DNA of 57,939 nt, the filler included, from Sphacelaria rigidula (Eukaryota): the NCBI GenBank assembly GCA_964200075.2. It is 6 parts of 6 records of this genome, joined end to end, with 100 filler letters (N's around TTAATTAATTAA, not from the genome) between each part and the next. Parts side by side here need not be neighbours in the genome. Positions count along the whole stretch, not along the records: positions 19,349 to 28,922 come from CAXNAA020008179.1; positions 29,023 to 38,595 come from CAXNAA020008180.1; positions 38,696 to 48,267 come from CAXNAA020008181.1; 3 more parts are not named here. One strand, given 5' to 3'. Every line of letters starts with the position of its first letter. Within the stretch, counting starts at the first letter, position 1. Positions 26,298-39,793 of the stretch are shown here, piece by piece. Both the position numbers and the translations under genes were made by a program. The notes beneath the pieces were generated by a model that had not been told where the DNA came from, searched no databases, and worked only from the letters and a program-made list of their open reading frames with translations.

Positions 26298-28922
26298 CAC
26301 GTTATAAATTCTGGGTCATTATCCCCCGCCGACAGGTCGAACAGGGGTCTTCTGGCAGGGGTGGCTGTGCACCCGTAACAGGCGTACGTATTGTTCTCGT
26401 CCGCTTTGACGGGAGTCCTTACGCAGGTGCGGCCGTCGGCGTCCGCGTATACCCTGTCTTTACCGCCGTTGGGGTCGGCCATACGGAGGTATATGGAGTG
26501 CTGACCCCGATGTCCACGCCACACGCAAGGCAGAGGAAGGGGACCGATTTCCTGCCGCCCTTCGGGACTGGCGTTGTCCCCTGGGATACAGACACGTGGG
26601 TGGTGCAGACGGAGCACCTGTCGATGTCGAACGAATCGGGAGAAGGACGCAGGGACGGTTGCGGAACGTTTAGCGAGGAAAGTACGGAAGGAAATATAGT
26701 TGTACTGTGAGTGAATGCGCGACGAACGGGTTTTGAAAGCAACGATGTTAAGTAGTTGGAGAAAGAAGGAAGTTAGGTTGCTTTCAGTAATCAGATTACG
26801 AGCTGAGCCAGTCTGACACATTTTTAAGCGGTTGACCACCTTTGCACGTCCTGTCTAAGAGTCGAAAGCTGAAATTTGAGGGGTACAGTACTCCTTGATG
26901 AACTTACAGCGGGAAAACTCCGGCCTGTTAGTAACTGTGGCATTCTATACAAGCAAGTACAGCATGTAGGAGCGTGTTGTGTTCCGTTAACACAAAGAAG
27001 GTGGGAGGGAGGTCCCCTTCTAGCGACCCGTTCCTCATGCGTCTTGAACCGTCGGCTGAAAATGGTTGGTGTCAACTCCTATGGTAAAGGACACCGAACA
27101 CATGCATAATTGGGCTGGCAACTGGACCAGTGAATACTGTATGTCTTCATTGTTACTGGAGTTAAACTGGAAATGGCTACGAGAGCGCCGGCTGTCCAGT
27201 TCATGTGGAGGTGTTGTGCCAGTTGTCGTTACTGAGTATTTTTATATCAGTTCTACTATGGGGAGTTTATAACAAAGAAACATAACATATATAACTGGAC
27301 TGTACGATTGAAGTCTGTAGTCTGCAGCAGTACAGATACCACAAACTTCGTTGGTACGTAGTTGTTCTGCAGTTCAAATCTATCGACGACAGCGGATCGG
27401 TCGACGGTTGGTCAGTCGAATGAGGGAAATGAAATAAAGAAGTGGGACGCTTGATGCGGAAGTGCCGAACGCCAAACCCCAATTGTCAATTGCATGAAGA
27501 GCGTTCCGAACATGATGTAGTACATACCCATTGCTACATCTCGTGATGTAACAGATATGTACCTAATCCGAAAAAAAAACACGGTAGCCGGTGATCACAA
27601 AATACACAAGTATTTTCTTCAGCGAGCCGAGGTGAGAATTTACGCTCTTTGTCCTAAGGTACTGCCAGCCTTGGCATACTTGTTCCCATCTTCAGGTCCT
27701 CATGGAGAGTCTCTGCTGCTGCATACAGTACTACAAATAGATTATTTCGAATCGCTCACTACGTTTGAAGACATTTTCGAGTAGTATAAGCCTCTTAGCA
27801 GCTGAATGTAAGTGGTTGCATTTCTCACTATTTACGATTTTTGCCGGGAAAAGAGGTCAAACATCGTAACTTCTTCTGCCTCGGGCGGCGCACCTGCGCG
27901 GCACCCTCCACCAGCCGGAAGGGGCGATTTCCTAAAAAATTCGATGCACTGGCAACTGGCGCGGCCAATTCCAACCGAACTGAACAGAGCTGATTGTTCA
28001 CAGCCCTGAGAATAACCCTGTTTTTTCGTAGGGTTCGGGTGTGTTCGGTAGGGTATGAGAGTCTTTACAAATCTTACAGAACCAACGAGTACCGGGATAA
28101 AATTCGCACAGAGGTTGCAGAACCTATCAGGTAGGTCTAGGAGGCTTACAGAGAATCCAAAAGTTGTCGGATGATGAAAGAAGAATGCAAAGAAAATTGA
28201 ACACGCACTCGGATATTTGTACAAGGGTATAGGGGTAAATCTTGTGTACAGAAAATACACAACTGTCGGGTAAGGTTCTCAAAACCTGAGGGAAGGTGGC
28301 CGCTTCGGGTCCAGTTAAACATCCGAGGATACCATCGAACAGCAACACCAAACTTTTCGGAAATCGGCATCAGGCAGTGCTTGAAGAACGAAACAGAAAT
28401 CAACAAGTTACCGTTCGAAAACAATGCGCATGGAACGCTTTGCAGGTTGGAAGACACCGATTTTGATGGGAAGAAACTTCTCCGGGCCCCCATTTCTGTT
28501 GTATCAGCCTGTCAAAAGTCTTTCCTCGTTCATCAATGCCTGGCTGGGGGACAGGGAAGCCGTCCTCCCTCAGGTTTTGAGAGCCGTTTGCATTGTGTGG
28601 ATGCAGTTCATAAAAATCAAACTCTCTAGCTTTCACAGATGTTGCGACTTCGGTGCAGTTTGTTACCGTGACCACCTCTGAGCAGACGAGAGTACGCGCT
28701 AGAGCAACGAAAGGTAGCTATGACCCGGTTTGCCTACCGTACTGCCGACAGTGTCGCTTCAAAGCCACAAGACCCTTGCTGTCGGCGGTTGATGCCGTGG
28801 GTCTCGAATACAACGACATGCGGTTGATCGTAGAGCACTCTCGTCTCTCCTCCCAACTTGTGATAATCCATGACCTCCTGACATCGGAATAATTATTACT
28901 GATGGGAAGCTACTCGTACTGT

Positions 28923-29022
28923 NNNNNNNNNNNNNNNNNNNNNNNNNNNNNNNNNNNNNNNNNNNNTTAATTAATTAANNNNNNNNNNNNNNNNNNNNNN
29001 NNNNNNNNNNNNNNNNNNNNNN
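28923..29022. other. Artificial contig spacer
   Basis: N44-TTAATTAATTAA-N44. Confidence 0.98.
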
Positions 29023-29204
29023 GTGTTTCCATGTACTTACTATTTATACCCGAGTCGGGCAGCATCAGAGTGGCCCAAAATTACCCAAACAATATCTTCT
29101 AGTGAAGCCAAACCGCGTAAAAACACGCCTCCGGCGGGGCGCCTCCAGCGGGGCCTCCTCACCAGCCGGGGGAGGGCGGTGGTCGCGGCTTCGCCGCGGC
29201 ACCA

Positions 29205-31511
29205 GTGTACTGTTTGGACCCAGTATACTGGCTGCTGACCGCAGCCAGTACACCTGGTACTGGCGCTGCGCGCCAGTACCCAACCCTAGTATTTGAGGAA
29301 CATTTGACCCTTATTTCCCACGCTGATTGGGCCAGAGAACAACAAGCTGAACCTGCTTGTAGAGCAGCTGTGCATTATTTATCCACAGGTTGTCCGTCTC
29401 CTTTTCCAGCAGCCGAATTCCTCTTGCCCGTTGGGAACCACAAAGCCCCCACACAGGATGAAGTTACTGAACTATCGCGGAAAGGTATGCTTTTTACGGA
29501 TGATGATGGTGTCGTTCTCTTGGTTCGCCGGCCTACAGCGCCTCTTCGTGTGGGTAAACGTACCAGTAAACGCGCCTGCCTGTTCGGTGATGACCCCACA
29601 CGAATTTATGTGCCGATGCTGCTGCGCCCATGGGTTCTCCATGAGTGTCATCCACAAGCATCGACATATTTGGGAGTTGCTCGGACCTCCCAGATGCTTG
29701 AGCGCTTCTATTCGTGGATTTGTATGGACCAGTGTGTACGTTGGTGGGTGAGGCGTTGTCTTTTGTGTCAGGCGCGAAAAACTTCAGGTCAGAAAGTTCG
29801 TTGGCCGATTGTTTCCATGCCACTCCCAAACGGGCCTGGTGAAGTAGTTTCATGGGACTATTTTGGCCCCTTGCCCCTGACGGATAGTGTTCATAAGTAT
29901 ATTTTGTTGTTCACAGATAGATTTAGTCGACATGCAGTGATGCACGCCGTCGCTGCCAGTAGCTATAACGCGGAAGGTACCGCCAACATTCTTGTATACA
30001 CGTATATTCCGCACTGGGGTGTGCCGAAACGATTGTTATCCGATGACGGCCCGTATTTCGCCGGCAAGCTTTCTGCTGCGATCAGTAACCTCCTGGGTGC
30101 TTATTGTATTTTTACAAGCTCATACCATCCATCCACAAACGGTGGGACCGAACGAGTGAACCATGCGATGGCTCAAATGCTTGCAACAGTAACCAACGAA
30201 CGACAAACGGACTGGGACTTGCATTTGCCCCTCATTCAAATGAACTACAACAATTCAGTCAATGCCGCAACGGGATTGGCTCCCAATGAAGTTCATGTTG
30301 GTCGTATGCCCAGATTGCCACTTACGGTGTTCGAACGGAAACCTCACGGGGGCCACCAGAGTTTGAATAGGGATATCGCGGAGTGTCATATTTCTGTCAG
30401 TAATCGTCTTCGTCTTACGTGTGAGGTGGTACGCGAGCAAAACCAGATCAACGCAGCGAAAGTAGGCAGGGCAAACACTGTGTTGGATGATGCGGCCAAC
30501 AATCGTTCGATGTGGAAGGTAGATCAATGGGCATGGGTGTACAATGATGTGAAGACCGTAACTCAGGGGGCTAGCCTCCATAAGTCGTCGTTGGATAAGG
30601 TGTTGAAGTCGAAACTATCCTTGAATTGGACTGGCCCCTGGCAGATCTTGGCGGTAGGGCCCTGTGATGCCGCACCCGACAATAGTCCGGTAGGCGAGAA
30701 AATTTTGTATTTGGATTTTCCCACTGATGAACCTGGCATCAAACCCAAAAACCGAGTATCGATGCTGAGATGTAAACCGTGTCTACCCCCGCATGATGCA
30801 TCCGACATGCCCAAGCAATTGCCAATGGGTCTCAGTCAGTACGTGTTGACCAACTATGCGGTCAAAGCCCCCCCACATCACATGACGGTTGAAGATGCCA
30901 ACGGACCCCTTGAGCGAGTAGTGGTAGATCGCATCTCGGGCCATCAAGTAGTCCGAGGTCGAGGAGGTAAAACAGCGGTTATGTACCAGACTCATTGGAA
31001 GGGTATCATGCGTGTTACATGGGAGCGTGAAGTTGACTTACGTCAATTTCGTCGGGAAATATTGCTGTACTGGGTAGGAGATGCCGTCCAACACCTCCCG
31101 TTGAATAAGATATATAAGTCGATGCGCAAGGGACCTGCCGCTCGGGAACTGGCACGAGAGCACTCGGCGCGGTTTTTTGTAGCAGGATAAAGCCTTCTCT
31201 CGCGTTCACAATACGTGCAGTCTTTTCACGGACAACGTTTACCGAAAGGAGCGTACTTTTGGTACAAGGCTTTGGATTCCCTGTGGTGGTTGGGTAATAT
31301 ACATTTGGTCGATTCTGCATCTGACCATTCCTACTTTATCCGTTTCCTCGATGACCCGATTCCCCTTAAGATCCGCTTGGATGATGCCTACTACACCGAG
31401 GAGTCGACCGCTCGGAGGGGATCCTGGTGCCTCCAACGACACGACCAAGGCGAACTCGACACAGCCGTTCTACGGAACACGGACACCGCTTGGGATACAG
31501 ATGAGTCATGA
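29205..31511 (+). pseudogene. Ty3/Gypsy pol C-terminal part: integrase + GPY/F + chromo-like + Tudor-like domain (one in-frame stop at 31188-31190); 5' part off the contig
   Basis: Zn region ..CLLCQARK; WDYFGPLP; SD(35)E spacing intact; WTGPWQI; ORF 31215-31511 is in the same frame. Confidence 0.9.
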
Positions 31512-34500
31512 TGCATCCGAGTCTGCTCCCCCATTCACCTTTCGTAGTGTGCCACGTTCGAGTCGCTTGTCTTGCACCGTAGCGTCGTTGGCAAACCATG
31601 TGTCCCCCCCCCCCCCCTGCAATTTGTTTTCGTACTGATTAGCCCCGTACTTGTAGTGGTTGTATGTTGTGTTTCGTATTTTGTATTTTGTATTTTGTAT
31701 TTTGTATTTTTCTTGTCTTTTGTTTTTTTTGGCTTTTGTTTTTTTTGGCTTTGGACTCTGACTTTTTATGTTTGTTTGTTTTTTGCCTTGGCGTCATTTT
31801 GTTTTGCTTTGTTTCTGTCTTTGTTTTTTTTCTCCCCCCCTTTTTTTCTCTTTTCTTCTCCTTTCGCGTCGTGCTTTGTGTTCGAGTTGTTTTTTGTGTG
31901 TTCAATGAGTAATTCTCTTGAGTATATCTAGGTTCATCTGGCAAAGCACAAGTGATGACCGTTCCATTCCTCACCCCCGAGTCTCGAACCTTGAACCTCC
32001 GTCCTCCACGCCGTACATTCACGACCATTCCGTATACTGGAACAGTTGCCACGAGTTATTTATTTCTTGATTTGTTTTCGTTGTACGCACCTTTTTGTCT
32101 TCTTTTGTGTAATATGATGTTTTTTATTTTATTCTTTTGTCTTCTCGGTCGAGAGTTTTAGGAGCGAGCGCTAGAGATACCTGACCCCCTCGTCTGGAAT
32201 TATTGCGCTCTTGCCCAACCGCTCCGTACACGCATACCACCTCCCTCTTCGGGATCGGTCGTGACGTGTCCCCTTTTTGTGTGCGTACCATGTTGAGTGT
32301 TATATTAATATGGGCGATAGTAACCGAAGCCGAGTGCCTGAAATGTTTTGACCCTTTTGGCTGAAACTTTCGACTCTACTTGCTTTGTACACACGATACC
32401 CGCCGCCGTTTACAAGGACGATTGCCACGTGTTGTTTTCTGCTTCATGTTGAGGATATTTCGTTTTCGCTGTTGCCCAGCGTGCTCCTGGTTTTGTATGC
32501 ATTTTGGTTTTGGTTTCTGCGTCTATGTCGGGAATTTCGCCATGAGTGTTCCAACGTTCCTGACTCTCGAGTCTAGAACACTTGGCCTACTTTGTTCTGC
32601 GAGTCCTGCCGCATGTGACCGACCTCGTTTATAGGACGGTCACGGGTAATGCGACGCGATGATTTAAATTTTGGTGATTGGTAAGTTACAATGAGGTCAC
32701 CACTGGCCGCGTCGTACGTAGCGGTGTTGAAGAATTGTCATTGCAGTCGCGGTATAATCGGTTGCAAACGCCTTCATATACAGGACCATTACGTATCAGG
32801 ATAAGGTACATTGCTCTTCCGGAACTGTCCGCTCCGCCATGTCGATATTCGACCATTGGTACAGCCTACAGGCTCAGAGTCCGCCACTCGCTTTTTTTTT
32901 CTGTCACTTTTACCAGTTTTTTGCGTACGGTTTCCCGCCCCTGAGATCGGTCGGTGGTGTTTTGTTTTCATCAGGGATTATTGAACGGAGTAACGTGACG
33001 GTACGACCAGCTGTGGTTTCTACTCCAGTTTGTGGTCGGGCCAGTTTCGTTTTAATCCGAACGGGCCAATACTGTGAGGAGTGGGCTGCGTTGGTCCTCT
33101 TTGTCCAGTGTATTTGTCGTGGTTCGGAAATGTGTTGGGCGATCTGCCTCGGAACTACGTAGTAGGCCCGAAGGTTGTGTATTGACTCCACTACGTTTCT
33201 TTTGACTTGTACGGACACCTGACCTCACAAACCGGTCGGTTGTTTTCGTATCTCGTCGTGTGAGAAGAAAAAAATGCTGTACGATCGGATCATCACCCAG
33301 ACGTCCCAAGCAAATCGTTGCTCTCACAAACATGTACCAACAATTAACTCACGTCAAACGGGTTGCTTTGTCCGTATCATATTATTTGGGTTTTTTCAAC
33401 TTGCGGCTTTCGCGGGAAACTACCTTTTTCGCGACGAAATCGGCTATACGTTGTTGGCTTTTGCTGATTGACTGGGACGAGTGATTAGCATGAACTTGGT
33501 TATCGGAGTGATATAATGCCTTGGCGGCCTTGCTTGTTTTTCTATCAGTGACCTGAAACAAATCGGACACCCACAAAATAGTGAACTACTATGTTCATGA
33601 TATAGTTATGACAGGGTAGGATGATCGTTTCAATGATAGGTCTCTAATTTCTTGTGGCTATCCCGGAAATGCTCACGGCATTCTGAAGACACTGCATTTT
33701 TGTGGTTTATGGTTTTGATTGTTGATATTGGATTTTTATTTTGGCTTTCCCATGAATCCGTCTGAAATGCTCACGGAACATGAGGACACTAAATTACTGT
33801 ATCGGTTCGATTTTTGTTTTTGAATTGTTATTTATGTTTTTTTTCTCTCTTGTTTTTTGTGTTGGTCGTCCCTTCCCGTTTCCCGTCCCGAAGAATACTC
33901 GATCTTTGAAATGAGTCTCAGTTATCTGTGGTGTGGGAGTGGTGTGGCTCGATGCACGTTCATCCCTTCTGAGAAGGAACTGCACTTGAACGATCCAGGG
34001 TGGGCTATTATGATGGTAAATGACCGAGTGCGTGAATTAAACTAGTTCTTTGGGATTCACCGATGGTCCCCAGAAACGACAGGCGGGTATGAAAATATTC
34101 TAGTCGAATGTGTGCTTGTATAAGGTAGAGATTGGATCGTTTTTATGGTTGACGCAGCTGCTTGAAGCTGGATACGGAGTTGTACCTGACCAGCCGCAGG
34201 CGTACGTCACTGCTGACGCTTTGATTGGCCACAGCATGGGGCGTCAGGCTGATTTTGTACCATGGCACTTGAATGCGAGGCAGGGGGGGGGCGAGCAGCT
34301 CCCGACCATCGCCTACCTGCACACTCGACCCACCGACCAGTCTGCAGGCATCTATTGGATATAAGAAGAGCTTTTAACCATCGCCCACCACCATCGGTCT
34401 CTCCTGTCTACAGTGTCGCGAGCCCACAGCCTTGACGTGAGTCTCTAGCTGTGCTGTACTATCATCCTTATCCACAATTGTTATTTGTATTCAGGCTTTG

Positions 34501-35518
34501 GGCTGTGTGATTCTCCATGAACAGCTGAGTTATTGTATTGAGATATTGAAACCGCAGTTTGAGTTTAGCAAGTCGAACCAGGACCGCTTGCTAACATCCC
34601 TCAAAGGGTGTGGCTTGCTTGCATCGGCGTATACGGCATTACTGCTCTGCGTTATTGCTTATACCACGACATCTACCCTATGCCTCAGCCAACGAATACA
34701 CTAATGATCAACCGATTGGGCAATGTATTGCCGGGAACGATGGAGCTGCTACCTGTCCTGTAGAGAGGGCAGACATAATAAGCGCTCAGCTTGAAACTAT
34801 GGTGAGTCAATTTAACAGCAAGTTTAGTGTCCTGACCGATCTCATCAGAGACGTGCAGTCAAAGCAGACTGCATTGCAAAGTAGAGTATATGGGATTTGA
34901 TCACGAGTCCGGTGGCGTGCGGTGGAGCGGCGTCATCGAGAGCGAAGGATCTCCTGGAGGAGGAGCCCGAGCAACATAAGACCAAGAACCACACCCGGCT
35001 GACAACTCGGCCCACCCAAGCGTAGCAGGAAGCCGTCAATGCTGTCGCGAAAGCGAGCAGGGAGCTCCAACCGAAAGCGACCACAGGGCTGGAAGCGATG
35101 GAGCAAGGGGTATGGACCCTGAACGCGAGTCAGTCGCTGTGTACGGTCATAGTCGACCAAGTGTCCAAAACCTTGTTGGCTTGCCAGTTTTCAAGGTTTC
35201 TGCTCCAAAGTTTTCTGCGAAAAGTTCATAATTTTCCCACTATAAACACGAACTCAACTATCCCGCGAGGTGTGAGGGATTTGATTGGGTTTTTGCCATT
35301 CTGACGACATTTCGTACGATGTGGAAGTGGGAAACAAACACCGAGCTGCCCGTGCGTTTCCGACAGGCAAGGCACAGCAGAGAAAAGGTAGCCGCGAATG
35401 TAAGAGCTATAGGTAGATCTCAGTGGCAAGTCTAGACCACAGGAGAGATCAAGATATTCTATTCCAAATCCCATCTCCTGCAACCGTGTGGCGTGAACAG
35501 GATTAGTTGTACAGTTAT

Positions 35519-37642
35519 GGGCGCGCCTGACCCCCCAAAATGGGCAAAAAATGTGTCACCGACCAAAAGCACGAGCAGACACGAACAGACCGACTTCTGG
35601 GGCTTATCCAGGCTCTTGGGGTAAAATGTGCCTTACGCCATCGGAAGACAACGGCATGGATCCAGAATTCATATCGAGAAAGAGTGTACTGCATTCAAAA
35701 ATCAGAACCCTACCGTTATTTCCGTTGTTATTCCTCACATATTACATGCCACTGGGTCGCTTTTCGTCCGCGCTTGCGATACCCTGGCATGCAAGGAGGC
35801 TGGTTGGGTTGAACAAACCCAACGCACACCGAGAACACTCGGGCAAGGGCGGTACATACATTCCATGCATGAAGTGAGGCCTTGGTAGACCCCAAATCTG
35901 CGCCTGTGGCACCGATTCCAACGGAAACGCGTTGTGCGCAGCCAAGGAGCACACGGGACCGTCTGTCCTACTAAAATTCCGATTCTCGTTGTACGCACTC
36001 AAATCAAATAATATCAACCATGAACATTTGTAGCCCAACGCCGGTAAGTGAAATCAGAAAGCAGAACCACTTTTGGGGGGGGTGCGGATCAAAGTTGGGT
36101 CAACATGATGTGCTTAACCGTTAGACCGCGAGGTTAGTCTTCTGTTGAATCGGCATCAATTTCAAGTGAAACAAAGTATGCATGATCCAGATAAGACTAC
36201 CCTCGCGGTCTGAGGGTTAACATGCAACAGAGTCATATGTACTGATGAACTTCAACGAGGACGGCCCTTACACAGACGAGTGGAGTACAAATAGTCACCG
36301 GGTGTGTGATGTGGCTGGACGGGTGTTGGTCCACCACCTCGTCATGCGGTTTGAGTAGCTTGATTTATCGACTGCCATGATTCCACAGCTCTTGTCGGAC
36401 GAATGACTCGCGTTTCAAAGTGTATTTGTTGTTCCGTGGGCATGGCTTTTCATTTGATGAATATGATATCAATTAGCTCTTTGACCGCGACGGTTGGTCA
36501 CATGCTGAATCGGTATAATTTTTCACTTAATGAAAAAAGTGTGCATAGTCCAGATGTATTACCCTCGCGGTCTAGGGTCCAAAGATATCGTGTCGCAAGA
36601 GGGAATGAAAACAAACCATCGTCCGTTACCCACTAGTACCGATACAACAGATGCGTGTCCTAGAATGGGTGGGTCCACTGAAATACATGAATGAAGCTCC
36701 GGTGCCATGTGGCTTCAGCGAAAGTGGGCGGACGACTTTATGCTGTCTATTGCGTCGTCTTGACGCGGTATACTTCACCATTCGGGGGGGTAAGTTGGTT
36801 CATTTTGATCTTCGTGTGGAAACCGAAAACCGGATCTTTCATGGGGGCTGTGCTCCTAGCATGCGTGCCCAGAACGCGTTTTTGTTTAAATCGGCGCCTG
36901 GAGCGCAGATTTGAGCTCTGGTAACGCATCCTTTGCCCGAGGGTTTTCGGTATGCCTTCGTTGTGGTTAGGGTTAGGGTCAGTATTACAATTTGTTCTCT
37001 CCGCTGCTGCGAGGTCGCGAAGATGATTCTCGCTTTGGGGGTTTTCAAATTCTACACCTGTCGAACATTCCACATAACTGATGTATCAACCATCTGCACT
37101 ATCAAGAGTCATTCATGGGTGTCATCTATTCTGAGGTCGTTAGACAGGGGTAAGGTTTTCGCGTTTTGTGGAGACCGGCGGGGGTTTGAAGCGCGTGTTT
37201 GCGATCATAGCCCAATTTGTCTACTCATCGCCACGGCCATCGATTGGGATGCGAAATTTCGCATCATCTGCGCCAAGACGACAGCTACAATTGTACGGAA
37301 TGATTTTTTTAATTTCCTCAGGATGCGAGTTTTATAACGAAATGAGTGAGAGAAACATGATTTTTTTTGCGATTTTCTCGATCACCGTTATGCCTTCGGT
37401 AAAATCAACCAGTACGATTTTAGCTTGGATAAATACACGCCGGTGTGTAGCCGACCCACGCCGTGGTTCGTATTCCGGAACAAGAGAACTTCGAAAGCAT
37501 GGAATGGAAACTCTACTAAAATCAAAAGTACTTTGAGGGATTTTGCGGCGTGCATAGTCAGGGGATGAACGAAATCTCCGGTCTGTTCGTGCTTTTGGTC
37601 GGTGACACTTTTTAGGCTCATTTTGGGGGGTCAGGCGCGCCC
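35519..37642. mobile_element. About 2.1-kb non-coding TIR element
   Basis: About 60-bp TIRs GGGCGCGCCTGACCCCC.AAAATG.G...GTGTCACCGACCAAAAGCACGA; further internal inverted matches (35890 vs 36901); flanks TTAT/ATAA. Confidence 0.75.
36118..36216. mobile_element. 99-bp piggyBac-like MITE
   Basis: Perfect TTAA TSD on both sides; termini CCGTTAGACCGCGAGG / CCTCGCGGTCTGAGGG; degenerate copies near 2990, 36475 and 54800. Confidence 0.7.
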
Positions 37643-38595
37643 ATAAATGTGCCAAGATCAATGGGGCTAGATTAGCAATGTTGGAGAAATATAATGAATG
37701 AAGATTGGCGTTCGTGACAACCCGTTTCAAAAGTTGATCGAAATGGAAGAAGTGCCCAGGATGTTCAGATCGTATGACGACCACATCAACCTGATGGGAG
37801 TGCAAACCCTCCTTAAATTCGTGCATTCTTTTCCCGTCGAGTACAACTTCCAGAAACGAACGCTGGAGCACCGTGCGCAAGAAGAAAATCTACCACTAGA
37901 CCAAGGAGTCAGCGCTGATTATTTGATTATTTGGCCTAGTGGCGGATTTCCCTCTTCCGTAATAATGGACCCGAGCTCGATTCTCGGTGGGTCCACTCTT
38001 CACAAAAGTAAGCGGAACCTCGCCAAGGGAGAGAAGACTCCGTCGCTGACTACTTAGTCTAGTGGCGAAATCCTCCTGACGAACAAAATGAGTGCAGAGG
38101 TCGGTTCTCGACGCGACCACTTCTTTGCGGTAGTCGTGGAAAGATGTTAGAGGCACTGGATCCCGTCAGCTGCAGCGTTGGCAAGGGGCAACCCGGAGGA
38201 TCGCGTCGAGAAGCTTTCGAGCTCAAAAACACTCATTTTGTTCGTTAGAGGGGTTTCACTGACAACCTGGTCTAGTAGTGAAAGCCCTCTCACAAATATG
38301 CTGGCGGCGCTGCTGTAGGCGGCGCTGCTGATGATCGTGTTGCCGGCGCTGCTGCTGTCGGCGTAAACTGTGGTGTTGTCGGCGTCGCCGATGACGGCCA
38401 TGTAGGCGGCGCGGAGCCCCGATCATCGATGCCATCTTGAACGGGGTTCTGTGAAATCGCCTCACCTTAATCGCCTCTGCAAGGAGACGGTCAAATCATT
38501 CCGCCCCCCCCCCCCTCCCCCCCCTGGACATGGTCGAGGCAGTGCAAAGAAAAGATAAAACGCTCCGTTCTTGACTATATAGTGGTAGAGCATGG

Positions 38596-38695
38596 NNNNN
38601 NNNNNNNNNNNNNNNNNNNNNNNNNNNNNNNNNNNNNNNTTAATTAATTAANNNNNNNNNNNNNNNNNNNNNNNNNNNNNNNNNNNNNNNNNNNN
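38596..38695. other. Artificial contig spacer
   Basis: N44-TTAATTAATTAA-N44. Confidence 0.98.
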
Positions 38696-39793
38696 GTTTT
38701 GGGCTCGAACCTCATTTCATTGATGAACCTCATTTTATAGAATTCTCTGTTTCTTGGTGTTCCGGTTCGTTCACCAACGCCAGCCACGCTTAGAATTGCT
38801 GTTACTTCAAATCATCACATGCTGACCGTTATGCAGCTTCACAACGCCACCGCGTACCGTTATCCGTCATGACCCTGCAGTTTTACAATGCTGCCGCGTG
38901 TTGGGGTAAAAATGATGTTGAGAAGGATGGCGGTTAAGTGAACGATACGCAGTGGTGTGAAATGTTTGCGTCTATTAATCCCGAAAACGCATCGTGACCT
39001 GTCTGTAGTGAATCTCCATTGAATCACGAATTACGCATGCTACCAGGCTAGGCAGCCAATTTGTCGTGGACGGAAAGTGCGAGGTTTGAATGAACGAAGC
39101 ATGAGGCATTTACCCTACCCCCTGGTCAGGGGCGGCAGGTCATTGATAGTCGGAATGTTTATTGTCGTGGAAATGGATGTAACCTCAACGTGGTTCTCCC
39201 TGTAGGAAATCTCAAGGTTGTGGGATGTCTGCTCCGATTTTGAACAAACCAGACCCAACCGTGTATTTTAGTTAGTTCACGACTTTCAATACGTGGACGG
39301 ATCGTATCCAAGTGCACTCCTGCACTGACCACAATATTGTTCTCTCTTCTGCAGTATAGGTTGAACGATCCCCGGGGCTGCGGATGATCAACCATCAGTC
39401 ATTGATAACTTACGTTTTCCACCCGTGGCTGGGATGATCAATTCAACACTGCCACGATTGGGCAGCTACTAGGAGTGTTGCGAGTCAAGAGACCTGCAAG
39501 GGGCTACCCGACGGATGCTACACCAACTCCCGTTGTCTGTCTACTCTGCGCGCACCGACAACCAACCCCAAAAGTTGATCGTCTATCCGTGCATACTATG
39601 ACCACCATCGGGACAGGGCTGCGTTCTTCTGGGCAGGGCTTCTGGTCTTGAGGGTCTACGGGTTCCACGCATTCTTTTGACGAAATATAAATCAAGAAAG
39701 AAACCGACAGGGCGGTTGGCTGGTACTGAACGACGAGAGTAATAATTGTGGACATTATGCACTTTGCAAGCATGCAAGCCAGACAACGTGTGA

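Noticed and set aside
31572-32052. Phe-rich membrane protein or Lys-rich ORFs
   Set aside because: Translations of low-complexity T-rich DNA
34720-35120. Coiled-coil gag/ORF1-like fragment (LETMVSQFNSKFSVLTDLIRDVQSKQTALQSRV)
   Set aside because: Short, disrupted and without a diagnostic motif; cannot be assigned without a search
37650-38470. GC-rich coding-looking stretch
   Set aside because: No frame gives a recognisable domain or consistent splice sites
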